Shown here: one piece after another, positions 28,317 to 43,240 of the stretch | How the letters are laid out: every line of letters begins with the position of its first letter | Position numbering within the stretch: position 1 is the first letter of the stretch | Source: the human T2T-CHM13v2.0 reference genome, Homo sapiens | Length of the DNA: 64,000 bases | Reading direction: 5' to 3' (one strand) | Assembly: GCF_009914755.1 (NCBI RefSeq) | Contig: NC_060927.1 | Notes under the pieces: generated by a model | Seen by the model: only the letters and a program-made list of their open reading frames with translations | Databases searched by the model: none | What the model was told of the DNA's origin: nothing | Position numbers and translations under genes: made by a program

Positions 28317-28914
28317 GTAACAGGCTGAATAATGGCCCCCTAATGATGTCCACGTTCTCATCTGCACAACTGCAAATGTGTTACCTTACATTACAAAAGG
28401 ATTTTGCAATTTATGATAAAGGGTATGGACCTTGAGATACGGGGATTACTCTGGATTACCTAGTCGGGCGGATCTAATCACATGAGTTATTAAAAACTGA
28501 GAACTTTTCCTGTTCTATCAGAGAGATGGGACAGAAAGAGAAAAGATTCCAAAAGGAAAAGGAGCTCAACCCTGCTGTGGCTGGCTCTAAAAGCAGAGGC
28601 AGAGGGCCATGAGTCATGGAATGTGGGTGGCCGCTAGAGGCTGGGAATGGCCCTCCGCTGACAGCCAGCAAGAAAAAGGGGATCTTGGTACCACAACCAC
28701 AACGAGCTGATTTTGCCAACAACCCAAAAAACCAAGGAAAACGATCTTTACCCCAGAACTTTTAAAAAGGAACACAGCCCTTTCAACACCTTGATTTTAG
28801 CCCATTGACATCCACGTCAGCCTTCTGACCTTCACAAATATAAAATAATAAATTGTGTTGTTTTAGCCATTCTGTTTGTGGTAATTCACTATAGCAGCAA
28901 CAGAAAATTAATAT
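28317..28914 (+). mobile_element. MLT1E/D-type MaLR LTR
   Basis: AGGCTGAATAATGGCCCCC.AA.GATGTCCACGT..GTTACCTTACAT..TTTTGCA..GTGGTAATT..ATAGCAGCAA.AGAAAA.TAATA. Confidence 0.8.
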
Positions 28915-28997
28915 ATAGGCTCAGGCAAAATGAAGAGCATTTCTGAACACCTTCTTAGCCTCTTGGTCTTTAAAATCAAAAGGAACCAACTGCATAG

Positions 28998-29348
28998 TGC
29001 TATGGTCTGAATGTCAGTGTCCTCCCAAAATTCCTATGTTGGAACCTAATACCCAGTGTGATAGTATCAAGAAGTGGGGCCTTTGGGAAGAGATGAGGTC
29101 ATCAGGGCTCCGCTCTCACGAATATGATTAGTGCTCTTCTAAAGAGGCTCAAGGTTGCTTTCTTCTACCCCTTCTGGCATGTCAGGAAGGCACAATCTAT
29201 GACGAAGAAGACCTCCCCAGACATCATATCTGCTGGTGCCTTGATCTTGGACTTCCCAGCTCCCAGAAGTGTGAGCAATAAATTTCTCATGCTTGTAAAT
29301 TACCCAGTCTAAGGTATTTTGTTATAGCAGCCCTAATACACTAAGACA
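28998..29348 (+). mobile_element. MLT1A0-like MaLR LTR, full length
   Basis: TGCTATGGTCTGAATGT...CTAAGACA; TSD CATAG/CATGG. Confidence 0.85.
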
Positions 29349-32300
29349 CATGGTATATTGCTTACAAATGTTTTTTAATAAGCATGAGAGTTGTACAAAA
29401 CCCCATTTGCAACATCTGCAATGCCAAAGACAGCTGTAGGTGTTGGGGAAAGTCTCTGAGCCATTACTCTCAAAGATATTAAATCATTCCAGACTATTCT
29501 GAAAGCCAAAGATAATTAAGCTTGATCAGGAATCTCAAGTTTTTTTCCAGTGTAATATGTTTGTATAATGGCAAAACTATGGCATGGATCCCTACATAAA
29601 CAGTTGTGCTTTCAGTAGGTGTTGACTGACTCTCCCTCCAATTCTACTTTGGATTCAGCAATGCTTACAAATAAACTGTTTTATTAGTCACAACGGTATC
29701 TACATACACGTGAAAAATGACATTCCAGACACACGTGAGATCATTATTTATGCAGATGAAGCCAGGTACACATACAGAGGCAAAGATCTTTCTGAGTTCT
29801 GACCACCAGCACTGCCCAGATCTTTAATATGAAAGCCAGTGTCGTGGATTGAAAACTACCATTAAGGTCTTGGCACATACTGTGTCAGAGGAAACATCTG
29901 TTTGAGGCATCGCAGTTGTTCTAATTTCCACCTTAAGGATAAGTCTGATTTTGGAATCAAATCTTCCTGAGGCTTTTTGTGTAATGCTAAAACCACACCT
30001 GGGGAAAATCTTATAAAAGGAGAGAGAGAAAAAAAAAAACACAGAGAGAGAGAAAGAAAACATATAAAGTTCACTTCCAAATAAAGACATGGGGTAGCTA
30101 TAGCTGGCATAATTTAGTTTATCACCAACCAACCAATGATTGGTTCAACCACGGCTCCAGTAACAGCTCTCATGCAAAACACAAAATATGTTTAAATCAA
30201 TGCTAAGTTAATGGGCTGCCACAACACAGCTTCTCTCAGTGGACACTATTTCACACCAGATTTCCATAGCCAGATTCTATATCAGACTCCTTATCAATAG
30301 AGGTGCCTTAAACAAGACTGACTTATATTTGCTAACAATTTTCCATTGATTTATGATTCACAGTATTATATTATGCAATGTTAGACAGATTTTAATAATC
30401 AGATGTGTCCAAGTGATGAAACATGGGACTGCTTGCCCAAACTTTACCAAGGTTGTAATACCCTCCATGTTTTCAGTAAGGTAAATATAAAGAAACAATG
30501 GGACCTCCATTGTTTACCAGGAGTCCCACTTGTGACATCTGCTAATACAAATGAAAAGATTTATAGTATTAAACTGAAGCAAACAAGCATGCAAAACTAT
30601 GGAGAGGGTGACATTGGGTGGTTTTAGAAAGGTTACACAGTATCTTTAAAATGTAAACTCATTTAGACTCTGCCAGTAATCAGCTATATGTACTTTCAGC
30701 AATTGGACCTCTCTGAGCTCAATTGCTAAATGATATTCCCCTTTATTTGTGAAATGAGGAGACTGGTCTGCATTTGATTCTGCATTCTAAATTCATGAAT
30801 GCTAAGTGAATTGGCAGTGTCCCTAACAATGACCTTTTTGTCCTGTTCCTCACTTCTAACTTCAAGCTAGAAACCAGCACATTACTCTGCAACTTGCCAC
30901 TGACTTAATGGACAACTTCAAGCAAGTGTCACTTCCCCAACAAGCTTCAGTTTCTCCTTCGCTAAGAGCCTCCTCCGCTAATTCTGAGGAAGATGAACAG
31001 GGCCACCTGGCAAAAATTTTTTACAGAATACAAGTAGCGTTACCTGGATGTTTTGCATCAAAAACTAAAACAAGTACAGGCTGAAACCCAAAGCTAGTGA
31101 GTTCAAATTCCTCCATGCTTTTAAGGATGGAGCATGTGAAGAGCAGAAGTATAGAGATAAAGCATCTTATTGTATAACCACATACACGGTTGAACTTAAC
31201 CACTCTTCCAAAGTACACAAAACAGCACACTTAATCCATAAAGGAGATTTGAAGACTGGCCTCTAACTCTTGAAAGTTGGCATGCTACCACTATAAAAAT
31301 GCCGTTTTTGAACTAAAAAGCAAAGACCTAAATGACTCCTGGTCTTACGATTCAGGCAGGAAACTCATGAGGCCAAAACAAAAAAATTCCACATAGATTT
31401 TTGCAAATATTTAAAAAGCACCTACTGGAGAGAATTTACTTGTGTGAATGGAAGTTTTAGATAAAATGCCTCTCTGAAATACATTTGCTTTAAAGAGAAA
31501 ATAAAAGGTGGCAGTCTTTACTACAGATTTGAAATTTAAAAAGGCAAATCTGAAATGAGTCACCACATATGTGGGCCACAAGGTTACAGCTTGCCAAAGT
31601 TGCAATTCACATACTTTACCCATTCCTGGACTTACTGAATGTTGAGTAATAATTGTGGGGGCCTTGCCTTTCATATTGCGCCAATAATCTCGAGAGACCT
31701 TACATTACCATTTATCAGGAGGTCTTTAACGTTTTGCTGTCATCATTCAAGAGTGCCTTTTGGTCTCTGATGTTTCCAACCAGCCCTCTTTTTCAGAGCA
31801 CCTTTCTCTTGACTGCCCAAAGATTAATGTTTAATTGCAGCTGGAAAGGCAACAACTGCACAGCCATCAGCATAAATCACAGTGCAGATCCACTAGGCAC
31901 CACATTTAACTGGCAGAAATGATGTCTCCCAATCAGTGCCTGCAAATGCAGCTGGTTCTGTGCAGTCTTTGTGCCTTATAATTTGGTTAAGCCCTTTACA
32001 AATGATGCCAAGGGAGGGGCTAAGAGAGATTCTTCAAAACAATAAAGACTTCCAGTGTGGTTTTAGCACATGTAATGAAACTGAACACACTGAAAAGAAA
32101 ACTCCTAGGGATGGAGAATCACAAAAGAATAAAAGGCTTACAGCAATTCCTCATAACCAAACTGCTAGCATGTCTCTGAATACGACATGGTCTTCCATGC
32201 CTATCTGCTTGGCAAGTAACTTCTGTTCATTCATCTTTCAAGACTCCTGGATGAAGCTAGATGCTCCCTTCTCTGTGCCACAAAAGCACTCAGCCCAAAG

Positions 32301-32822
32301 CTTCTCTTCCAACAATTACCATGTGTTTTGGAGCCATTCATTTTTCTGACCATCTCTCTCAGAAGACTTGAGCCTCTTATTTCTATACCTCCACATCCTA
32401 GGGCAGCTCCAGGCATACAAGAGATATTTAATGTTTACTGAAATGACTACCCATCAGGCAAAGCATCTGCCTTCAATCTAACCATCATGGTCTCTATCCA
32501 CTTTGATGAAAATAGCAAACCATTATGGATACTATTTTGTTTTCAAGTCTGGTTATTATTACTCAATGTGGGGGAGCTTGAATCCTACTCACTGCTTTCA
32601 CCCAGTATATGACTGTATCAAGGAAGCAGATTAAATATGCATTCTTACTACATTTCACTAAAATTCTCACAAGAATTCTACAATGGTGCAATTATATTCC
32701 CATTTGTATGGATGAAGTGAATGAATGGAGCTTGGGAAGGTAAATAAATGACTTTTCCAACATCTCCAAACAGGTCAATCAGTAATAGTGGGCTAGGACT
32801 GGAATGGAGGTCTACTGAACTT

Positions 32823-33115
32823 TTTTTTTTTGGAGACAGAATCTCACTCTGTCACCCAGGCTGGAGTGCACTGATGTGATCTTGGGGTCACTGCAACCTC
32901 CGTCTCCCGGCTTCAAGAGATTCTCCTACCTAAACCTCCCGAGTAGCTGGGATCACAGGCGTGCACCACTACGCTCAGCTAATTTTTGTAGTTTTAGTAG
33001 AGAGGGGGTTTCACCATATTGGCCAGGCTGGTTTCAAACTCCTGACCTCAAGTGATCCGCCCGCCTCAGCCTCCCAAAGTGCTGCGATTACAGGTTTGAG
33101 CCACCACGCCTGGCC
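32823..33115 (-). mobile_element. AluS, inserted in a MIR (about 32630-32810)
   Basis: 15-bp TSD AGGTCTACTGAACTT at 32808-32822 and 33117-33131. Confidence 0.95.
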
Positions 33116-33679
33116 TAGGTCTACTGAACTTCTAACACCCATACAATACAATCTCTCCGGCTTCCCCAGTAGCATCAGAGACCAACAGCATAGTTACAAC
33201 TCCAATTCAAAACAGAAAGACTGAAGATGAACTTTCACTGAATGTGCAAGTATATGTTCAAATATCTATTTACTAGTGTAATCATCGACGACTTACCTAT
33301 TTGTAAGTCTTTACTATGTCATATAAAATAGAGAATATTCATTTTTAAATTCCAGGCTTTATGAGATTTTTGTTGTGTTATTACAACCAACTTGAAGCAA
33401 GTGCCAGCTTTTTTCCACAAGTTAGGTGGCAGGCTTCAGCATGCTTTTGAGCATATTCAACCTACTACAATCTGAGCTCCCAGAAAAGTTTCCTTAATTG
33501 AGTAAACAATTACATGAAGCCAAAAGTTGGCTGAAGAGAGAGGGGCTAGATCTCTTAGTTTCATTTGCATGCAGGAAAAAGTTTATGAACTTTCACAAGC
33601 TCCCCAGTGGCTTTCTGTAGCAGTGAAAATATCTTTAGATTACTAGTACACATGACTAGCTATGTAACAGAAATCTACA

Positions 33680-34091
33680 GTCCATTTGCAAATTCTTACT
33701 CAGCACCTACTTCCCTAGACACTGGGGATCCTGTGGTGAACACAACACATGTAATTCCCACTTTTCTGCAGCTGAAATTCTTATGCCTAACACCAGCTGA
33801 TAGATAAACAACAAAGGTAACTTCAGATAATAAGTGCTAAGAAGAAAATAACAGGACGGTATGAAAGTAAGAGGAGGTAGGAACATGAAGATATTAGCTA
33901 AAGGAGGTTCTGTAAAGGCTACTTTAGATTGGGTAATTACAGAAGTTTCTGAAATGGCATTGAATTTAAAGCTCAGAATGAATCATCCAGGAGAAAAATC
34001 TGAGGGAAGAGCATTCCACACAGAAACCTCAAACAGTGTGAATGAGCTTAACATGTTCAGGAAATAGCTCAGGAAGTCCAAGTAGCTGGAG
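33680..34091 (-). mobile_element. L2 fragment
   Basis: CATTTGCAAAT.CTTACT.AGCACCTAC..AGACACTGGGGAT..GGGAAGAGCATTCCA. Confidence 0.65.
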
Positions 34092-34960
34092 CTATCTTTC
34101 TCTTATTGATTTCTACTTTGATTCCACTATGGTTGGAGAATATACTCTGTATGATTTCAGTTCTTAAATTTCATGCTTTGTGTTACTGCTCACGATATGG
34201 TTTTTCTTGGTATACAATCTGTAGGTGCTTGAAAATAATATCTATTCTACTTTTGTTGGGTGGAAGGTCTATAAATGCCAATTAGATTCAGTTAGCTGAT
34301 GGTGTTGAGTTCTTCCACATTTTTGCTGATTTTTCTCTTTAGTTGTTCTATCAATTATTGAGAGAGGGGTTTTGATGTCTACAACTATAATTGTGGATGT
34401 ATCTATTTCTTCTTTCATCTCTAGCAGTTTTTGCTTCACATATTTTGCAGGTCTTTTGTTTGTTGCATAGGCATTTAGAATTGCTATGTCGACATGGTGG
34501 AATGACCCTTTTATTTATCATTATAAAATGTCCCTCTCTGTCTCTGGTAATTTTACTTGCTATGAAGTCTACTTTATCTGACATTAATACAGCCATTACT
34601 GCTTTCTTTTGATTGGTGTTTGCATTACACACCTTTTTCCATCCTTTTACTTTGAACCTGCCTATATTGTTTCATTTGAAGTGAGTTTCTTGAAGACAGC
34701 ATATAGCTGGGTCATGTTTTAGTCCACGCTGCCAATCTCTTGTCTTTCGACTGATGTTCTTAGAGCATTTGCTTTTAATAAAATTGTTAATGTGTTAGGT
34801 CTTAAGGTTTTTATTCTATTTTTTGTTTTCTGTTTCTTCTCTGTTTCTCTTTTCTCCAATTTACTTTTTCTACGTTGTTCTGGGTTGCCTAAACTTTTTT
34901 AAAAGCTCTATTTTGGTTTTTCTACAATATTTTTAAGTGCCCCTCTGGTATAATATTTAT
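34092..34960 (-). mobile_element. L1M ORF2 endonuclease-region fragment
   Basis: ORF 34351-34632 (NANTNQKKA..SDKVDF..KITRDREGHFIMI) is the L1 APE endonuclease; no L1 3' end attached. Confidence 0.85.
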
Positions 34961-36235
34961 TTTACTGTCAGGGACTAAGTACTATGTAACTACCTTATTC
35001 ACATCAAGGAAACAAGAAACTACAGTTATATGATAAGGACGTTAAAAAATTCATTATTTCAGACTTGTCTGGCAGGAAGAGAAAATAGTGTTAAAGGGGC
35101 CACTTAATAGCAATGACAAATGTACCAGCAAGTTAACTTGTATCAAGCAAGTAGAGAAAATATTCACTTTCAACCCAAAGCCAATGAATTTCCTAATCCC
35201 ATGCATTTGCATTTCCTGAGTTTCTGATTCTTGCCACTTTAACAAATAGAACTCATGAGTATGATAAAGGCCATTCGTGATAAGCCAGTGTTTGAAAACA
35301 GATGACTATATACAAGAAATCAACGACTCTGTCTGGTGTATTTACTTTCATTGCCAGATAATATTTGCACTAATATTATATTTTTGTAGTGAAAAACAAG
35401 AAATCTAAACTATTTAAATGTAAATGAGAACATTCTTATTTTACACTATTTACAGACCATTATTTGGCAGATTTAAGAATTTATATTTACAATTTTAGCA
35501 CCCTCTGCACCATATATAGACTCTCCCGCCCTGTGCTTGAAACCAGAATGCAGCCCTTCTGTTCAATCGCCCTGTTTCTCCCTTGCAGATTATATTAAGC
35601 ACCTTGTTTATTCCTGTTTTAATTATAAAAATTGGTATGGTAGATAAGAGATGAGAGCAGAACTGAAGTCCACATCACTGCAGGCAAGCAAGCTGGGGGT
35701 TACCTGCTCAACTGAGGACCCAGTGTCAAGGCACAAGTTTGGTGGCTTGTGGCATCTCATCCACATTTCCCAAGGGGCACACTGCTGTGCTGTCATCTAC
35801 CAACCAGACATTGCATTGAGCAGGTTGTCAGACCAAAGATGGAAGGGAGGTACAACCATTCCCAAGTAAGGGGTAAAAGGTACAGTGCATAACATTACAA
35901 AGCCAAAGAAAAAATGATGTCATCATTGCAAAATGTGAATAATTTGCTCCATGAACACATGCAAGATCTGAGTCAGAAGAATAAACCACTCTACTCAGTG
36001 ATATGTTGGATGGTAACAAAGAAATAAATCTAACTCTGCAGGCACAGTATAATGTTCATTCACCTTTCTGGTTTCTTAAAGAATCTCTAAAGTATAAAAT
36101 GGCTGAGGACTAGTGGCTTAGTGATAAGGATCGTGAATAAAGGACAAAAATAAGGAAGCACAGGACAAAGACAGGACCAGATAGGTATGACGAGACCAAT
36201 AGGAAAGATGATGGTTGTCTAAAGAAAGGGAAAGA

Positions 36236-36538
36236 GGCCGGGCGCGGTGGCTCACGCCTGTAATCTCAGCACTTTGGGAGGCTGAGGCGGGTGGATCACG
36301 AGGTCAGGAGTTCAAGACCAGCCTGGCCAGGATGGTGAAACCCCATCTCTACTAAAACTACAAAAATTAGCTGGGCGTGGTGGTGGGCGCCTATAATCCC
36401 AGCTACTCGGGTGGCTGAGGCAGAGAACTGCTTGAACCCAGGAGGCGGAGGTTGCAGCCTGGGCGACAGAGCAAGACTCCATCAGAGAAAAAGAGAAAGA
36501 GAGAGAGAGACAGAGAGAAAGAGAAAGAGAGAAAGAGC
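36236..36538 (+). mobile_element. AluS with right-arm deletion and (GA)-rich tail
   Basis: GGTTGCAG joined directly to CCTGGGCGAC. Confidence 0.92.
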
Positions 36539-37823
36539 GAGCTGTGCTTTTTGTGGAGCCATCACTTTTGTAAATATCTGGTGCCAAAAACACCACACCT
36601 GCAATCATCTGCCCTGGCTCACTGTCTTTGAAACTGTTAAATTGTAATATAAATGGGAGGTGTTATAATAACAAGAATAATGCCACCATCTTACATACCT
36701 GTGACCTTTCCTCACAGATAGGTCCTAAATGTGACACCTTTTGGAAGAGGTTCCTAAGAAGTAACTACTGACACCATCAAGACAGAAAAAATGAAGGTTT
36801 TCTTCAATGCAAAAAAAATAAAAAAATAAAAAACACAGAACTTGCTTCTCCACGAAGTATTATGGTACCTCAGCTCCAAGAAGACACAGGTAAAATATGG
36901 GAATCACCTCCTGCTAGAAATAATTCCAGGCAAAAAGGCAGATGTGTGCCTGCCTGGCCCTGCCCACCTCCATCAGGGCTGTCATTTCTACAGCAGCTGT
37001 CTGAACAACCCCACAGATGAGTATCAACTTCAGCTGCCACACCTGCTGACGGAAGATAAAGCACAATATGAAAATAGGGATGGTTGATGCCACGACCTCC
37101 CAGAGATAGGAGAGTTCCTGGAATTCTTCCAGCAACATTCTCCACTGCCCACACACCTGGAAAGTCAGATGACCATTATATCTGTCCAGCTCACACAAGG
37201 GAACCATAACCAGTAGATGCCTTTGTCCTCTGCTTCTATAAAATATGCCACGACCCCACCCAGCTGCTTACCCAACCATGGGGGCCAACGTCCTGATGCT
37301 TGGTAACAGTGAGCATCTTCTCTAAGGTATAAACACTAAATACGAATGCAAAGCGTGAAGTAACTCAAATTTGCCATTTTCTTTCTTTACATTTTTCTTT
37401 TTAAAATCACAGGAGTGGTTTCAGTCAGCATTTAAATCTATGTTGGTCTGTTTTGCTCATCTCTGGTGTCCTGTTTGATATTTTTAGCTAGTTCCTAAAA
37501 GGCACAACCTCAAATTTCACACTTCCTTATTCGTCTTTAAAGGTCTAATACAGGGTTTCTCAAACTCAGTTTGACCAACCCATGAAGGTCTTATTTTTAA
37601 ACTTTTTATTTTGAAAAGATTTTAGGTTTACAGAAAGTGGTAAAGATGGAACAGAGAAGTTGTGCATACCCTTCACCCAGATTCCCCCATAGGTTCCATC
37701 TTACATAACCGTAGTACAACTTCAAAGCCGGAAAACTGGCATTGCAATATTTGTGTATGAGTTCTATGTTATTTTATCACATAAAGGTTTGTGTAACCAC
37801 CACCCCAATCAAGATACACAACT

Positions 37824-38082
<259 letters not shown>

Positions 38083-38799
38083 TTAGTGCATACACACCTC
38101 TCCACAACATGCCTGGCAATATTATGTTTTCATCTCTATAATTTGATCATTTCAAGAATATTACATAAATAGAATCATACAATATATGACCTTTAGAGAT
38201 TGTTTTTTCGTCACTCAGCATAATGCCTTTGAGATCCATCCAAGTTATTGTGTATATCAATAGTTTGTTCCTCTTTATTGTTGAACAGTATTCCATGGCA
38301 TGGATGTACCACAGTTTGCTTCACCATTCAGCTGTTGTAGCACACTTTAGTTGTTGAACATTATAAACAAAGCTGCTATGGACAATCATGTACAGGTTTT
38401 TGTGTGGACATAAGTTTCCATTTCTCTAGGGTGAATGCCTAGGAATATGACTGGGGTCCTGTTGTAAATGTATATTTAATTAATTAAGAAATGGACATAT
38501 CATTTTCCAGTGTGTTTGTACCATTTTACATTCCCACCAACAATGTATGAGAGACTCAGCTTCTCTGCATCCTCACCAGGATTTGGTGTTGCCACTATCT
38601 TTTATTTCAGCTGTTCTCTGTGTAGTAATAACACATCATGGTCTTAATTTGCATTTCCCTAATGGTTAGTAATGTTGAACATCTTTTTAAGTGCTTACTT
38701 GCCATCTGTGTTGTCTTTTGCCCATTTTATAATTGAATTGCTTGGTTTTTAATGTTCAGTTCTGAGACATCTTTATAAATTCTAGATGAGTCCTTTATT

Positions 38800-39198
38800 A
38801 AGTCATGCACTGCATAACATTTCAGTCAACAACAGACCACATATACAATGGTGGTCCCATAAAATTACAATGGAGCTGAAAAATTCCTATTGCCTAGTGA
38901 TACTGTAGCCATCATAAGATTCTAGCTATTCATGTGTTTGTGGTGATACTGATGTAAAAAAAACCTACTGTGCTGCCAGACATAGAAAAGTACAGCACAC
39001 ACAATTATGTACAGTGCATACCTGATAATTACGATAAATGTTACAGTTAATGTATTTATTATATTATACTTTATATCATTATTTTATAATGTATTCCTTC
39101 GACTTTTTTTTTTAATTGACTGTAAAACAGCCTCAAGCAGGTCCTTCAGGAAGCATTCCAGAAGAGGACATTGTTACAGGAAATGACCGCTCCATGAG
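38800..39198. mobile_element. Tigger3 (TcMar-Tigger) fragment
   Basis: AGTCATGC..GGTGGTCCCATAA.ATTA.AATGGAGCTGAAAAATTCCTAT.GCCTAGTGA..GCAGGTCCTTCAGGA. Confidence 0.85.
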
Positions 39199-41074
39199 TG
39201 ACAAAGGCGCAAACACATTCAATGGAGGAAGGACAGTCTTCAACAAATAGTGGCAAAATAAGCTGAGCCTAAGCTCATCTTTAAATAAAAATTAACTCAA
39301 AATGGATCAGAGATGTAAATGTAAAATATAAACTATAAAACTGTTTAGCTAAAACACAGGAGAATACTTTCAGGACATAGGGCGTGGAGAAGAATTCTTA
39401 GACACGACATTGAAAGCACGATCCATAAAAGGAAAAGACTGACAAACTGGACTTTATCAAAATTCAAGACTTTTGCTACACAGAAGACCTGTGAAGATGA
39501 AAAAATAAGTTATGAACTGAGAGACATTACTTGCAAAACAAATATAGTCATGTTGTAAAGCATCTTTACGACGTTGAGTCTTCAATATATGCAATGAGGT
39601 ATCTCTCCATTCATTTAGATCTCATTTATTGTCTTTAATTAGCACTTTATAGTTGTCAGCATACTAAATCTGGTATATATTTTGTTAGAGTTATACCTAA
39701 GTATACCTTTTTGTGGAATTGTAAGTGGTATACATTTTAAACTCAGTATCCATGTGGTCATTGCCAGTATATAGAAATAGCATTGATTTTTGTAAGCTTA
39801 TCTTGTATCCTGTGACCTTGCTGAACTCCTTTATTAGTTCTAAGATTTTTTTTTTTTTGGTAGATTTCTTAGGCTTTTCTCTGTAGACAAAGATATCACC
39901 TGCAAAGATGTAGTTTATTTCTTCATCTCCAGAGTATGTTTTTTATTTCCTTGTCTTGCCTTACTACCCTAGCTAGAAATTCCAGTACTATATTGAATAG
40001 CAGTGGAGAAAATGGACATCTATGCTTTGTTCACCGCCTTAGGCAGAAGGCATTCGGTCTTGCACCATTAAGTACAATGATAGCTCCAGGTTTTATGTAG
40101 ATACTCCATATTGAGTTTAAAGAAGTTTCCTTCTATTCATACTTTCCTGAGAGATTTTATCATGGATAGGCATTACATTTTATCAAATAATTTTTCTGCA
40201 TCAATTGATATAATCATGTGATTTTTCTTTCTTAGCCTGTCAATAAGGTGAATTACCTTGATTGATTTCTAAATACTGAACCAGCTTTATATCCCTAGAA
40301 TACACCCTTCTTGGTCATGTTGTAGTAGAATTCTTTCAAATAGTGCTGGCTTTGATTTGGTAAGATACTGTTAAGGATTTTGGTGTGGGTGGGGGGTGGC
40401 CTAGATTCATGAGGGATATTGTTCTGTAGCTGTTTGTTTTGTTTTTGTTTTTAGTATTATCTTGGTCTAGTTTTGATATCGGGATAAAACTAGCTTCATA
40501 AAGTGAGTTAGAATTATTTCCTCTTCTTCTATTTTCTGGAAGAAATTATATACAGTTGCTATTAATTGTTTTTTAGACATTTGCTACAATTCTTCATTGA
40601 AATCATTTGGGCCTAGAGATGGGGGAGAGCCAAATTACAAATTCAATTTCCTTAAAAATAATAGAGCTATTCAAATTATCCATTTGATAGTAAGTTGTGG
40701 TAGTTTGTGCTTTTCAAAAAATTGGTCCATCTCATCTCAGTCATGAAATTGATATGCGCAGAGTTGTTCAGAGTATTATTCCCCTAGACGTTTTTGGTAT
40801 CTGCATGGTGACATCAACAGTGACAGCCTCCATTTTATTTTTTATATTAATAATTTGTATCTTTTTTTCTATTTGTTAGTCTTGCCAGATAACCGTCTAT
40901 TTTATTGAACTTTTCAAAGAACTAGCTTTTTGTTTCACTGATTTTCTCTATTGTTTTCTGTTTTTAATTTCATTGATTTCTGTTACCTTTATTTCCTTTC
41001 TTCTGTTTGCCTTGGGTTTATTTTGCTCCTCGTCTTCTAGTTTCTTGATGTAGGGGCTCCAAACTGTTATTTGA

Positions 41075-41419
<345 letters not shown>

Positions 41420-42058
41420 AATTTTCCTCTTTTCTAATATAAGCATTTAGTGTCATAAATTTCCCTCCACCAGCCTTTTTGAACCAACACAGGGTTCACA
41501 GGAACCTAACTGTATATTCACATTCCTTAGCATCAGGTCCCGAAATTTAGAGAATAAAAAACCATATTACAACTGGTTTGAAATGAGCCAACTCACAATG
41601 CCTAAGGCGCAACTGGGGTTCATTTCAAAAAACAGGATCCTTATCTATTTTGGTACTATAGACAAGAAGGAACTCAATCTTACTAATAAAATATCTAAAT
41701 AATAAGTAAATAAATATCAGTTTGAGCATTTTTCTCAGTCTACCTTTCCAGTTCCTGCTCCAGACCTCCACTATATGAAGAGTATTGACTCAAATTTTTA
41801 CTGCCATTTCTCAAACGTCAAAACAGATGTCAATGCTCTGAGTTATGGAGCCCTTTCCTAGAGAGCAAGAAGTAACTGATCTTCTCTCCTGGGTGTCTAA
41901 GAGATAACAAACAATACCATCTTTTTGTAACACTAAAATTTACAATCCAGTTAGGAAGGAGGTGTAAAAGATTATTTAATCAAGTAAAGGAATTCACACC
42001 TGTTTTCTCTTTCTTTTTCAATGTTCCATATCCCCTGAAATTTTATAAATGTGTACTT

Positions 42059-42354
<296 letters not shown>

Positions 42355-42703
42355 TAAATGTGTACTTCTAACATAAAATTTAATCTGGCTGAAACAAATA
42401 TTTGGACCATAGTAAAATGCTTCTCTATAATTTGTTCCTTCCTTTCTTTTTTCTAGCAAGCTTCAGAGCCAACAGGGCGCTTCTCCTGGAAGGTGAAGTC
42501 ATGGTGACCTACTGCTCTTTATTCAGTCTGACATGTATGTTAATCTTCTCTACTTACTCTTAGACTGTGGAATATGATCCTTCCAATGGGAGACAGTGGC
42601 TTTTCTCTTACACTTTTCCCTGTCTCCTCAGCATAAATAAAATGAAAACTGAAAAATGTCTCCCCTACCAAAAAATCTCTGTCCCTTCTTACACATCCAT
42701 AAT

Positions 42704-43240
42704 ATGTAGCTCCTACAATGGTCTTCAATGATCCCCACCTCCTGGTATTCATAACCCTGAATACTTTTCTCTCCATAAATGTAGTACTGGCTTATTGACT
42801 CAATTCTAATAAAAAGAATTGATCAAAAGTGATGGATGTCACTTCTAAGATAATGTTATAAAAAGACTGTCTTCTGTCTTAGGTGATCTCTCATTATCTC
42901 CTGGATCCTTTTTCCTAGAAGGATCCACATGCCATATTATGTGGCAGCCCTGTCAAGAGGTCCATGGAATAAGGGAGCAAGGACTGTCAACCAGGAGAAT
43001 GATCCTGGGAGGAGATTCCCCCACCATCCCAGGCAAGTTTTCAGATGAGACTGCAGCCCAACTGACAGTCTGACTGTATCTTCATAAGAAACCTGAAGCT
43101 CAGGATCCCAAGTTAAGCTGTGTTCAGTTACTGACCCATAGAAACAAGGAAATGCTCAATGTTTGTTGTTTTAAGCTAAAAACTTGTGGAGTAAAGTAAA
43201 TAAACGTCAGTTTGTTACATAGCACTAGATAACTAATGTA
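42704..43240 (+). mobile_element. MLT1F-type MaLR LTR
   Basis: AATGATCCCCACCTCCTGGTATTCA..AAAAGTGATGGATGTCACTTC..TTTCAGATGAGACTGCAGCCC..TAGATAACTAAT. Confidence 0.8.

Noticed and set aside
31936-32349. 137-aa ORF in unique sequence
   Set aside because: GTG start, no recognisable domain or splice context; length compatible with chance
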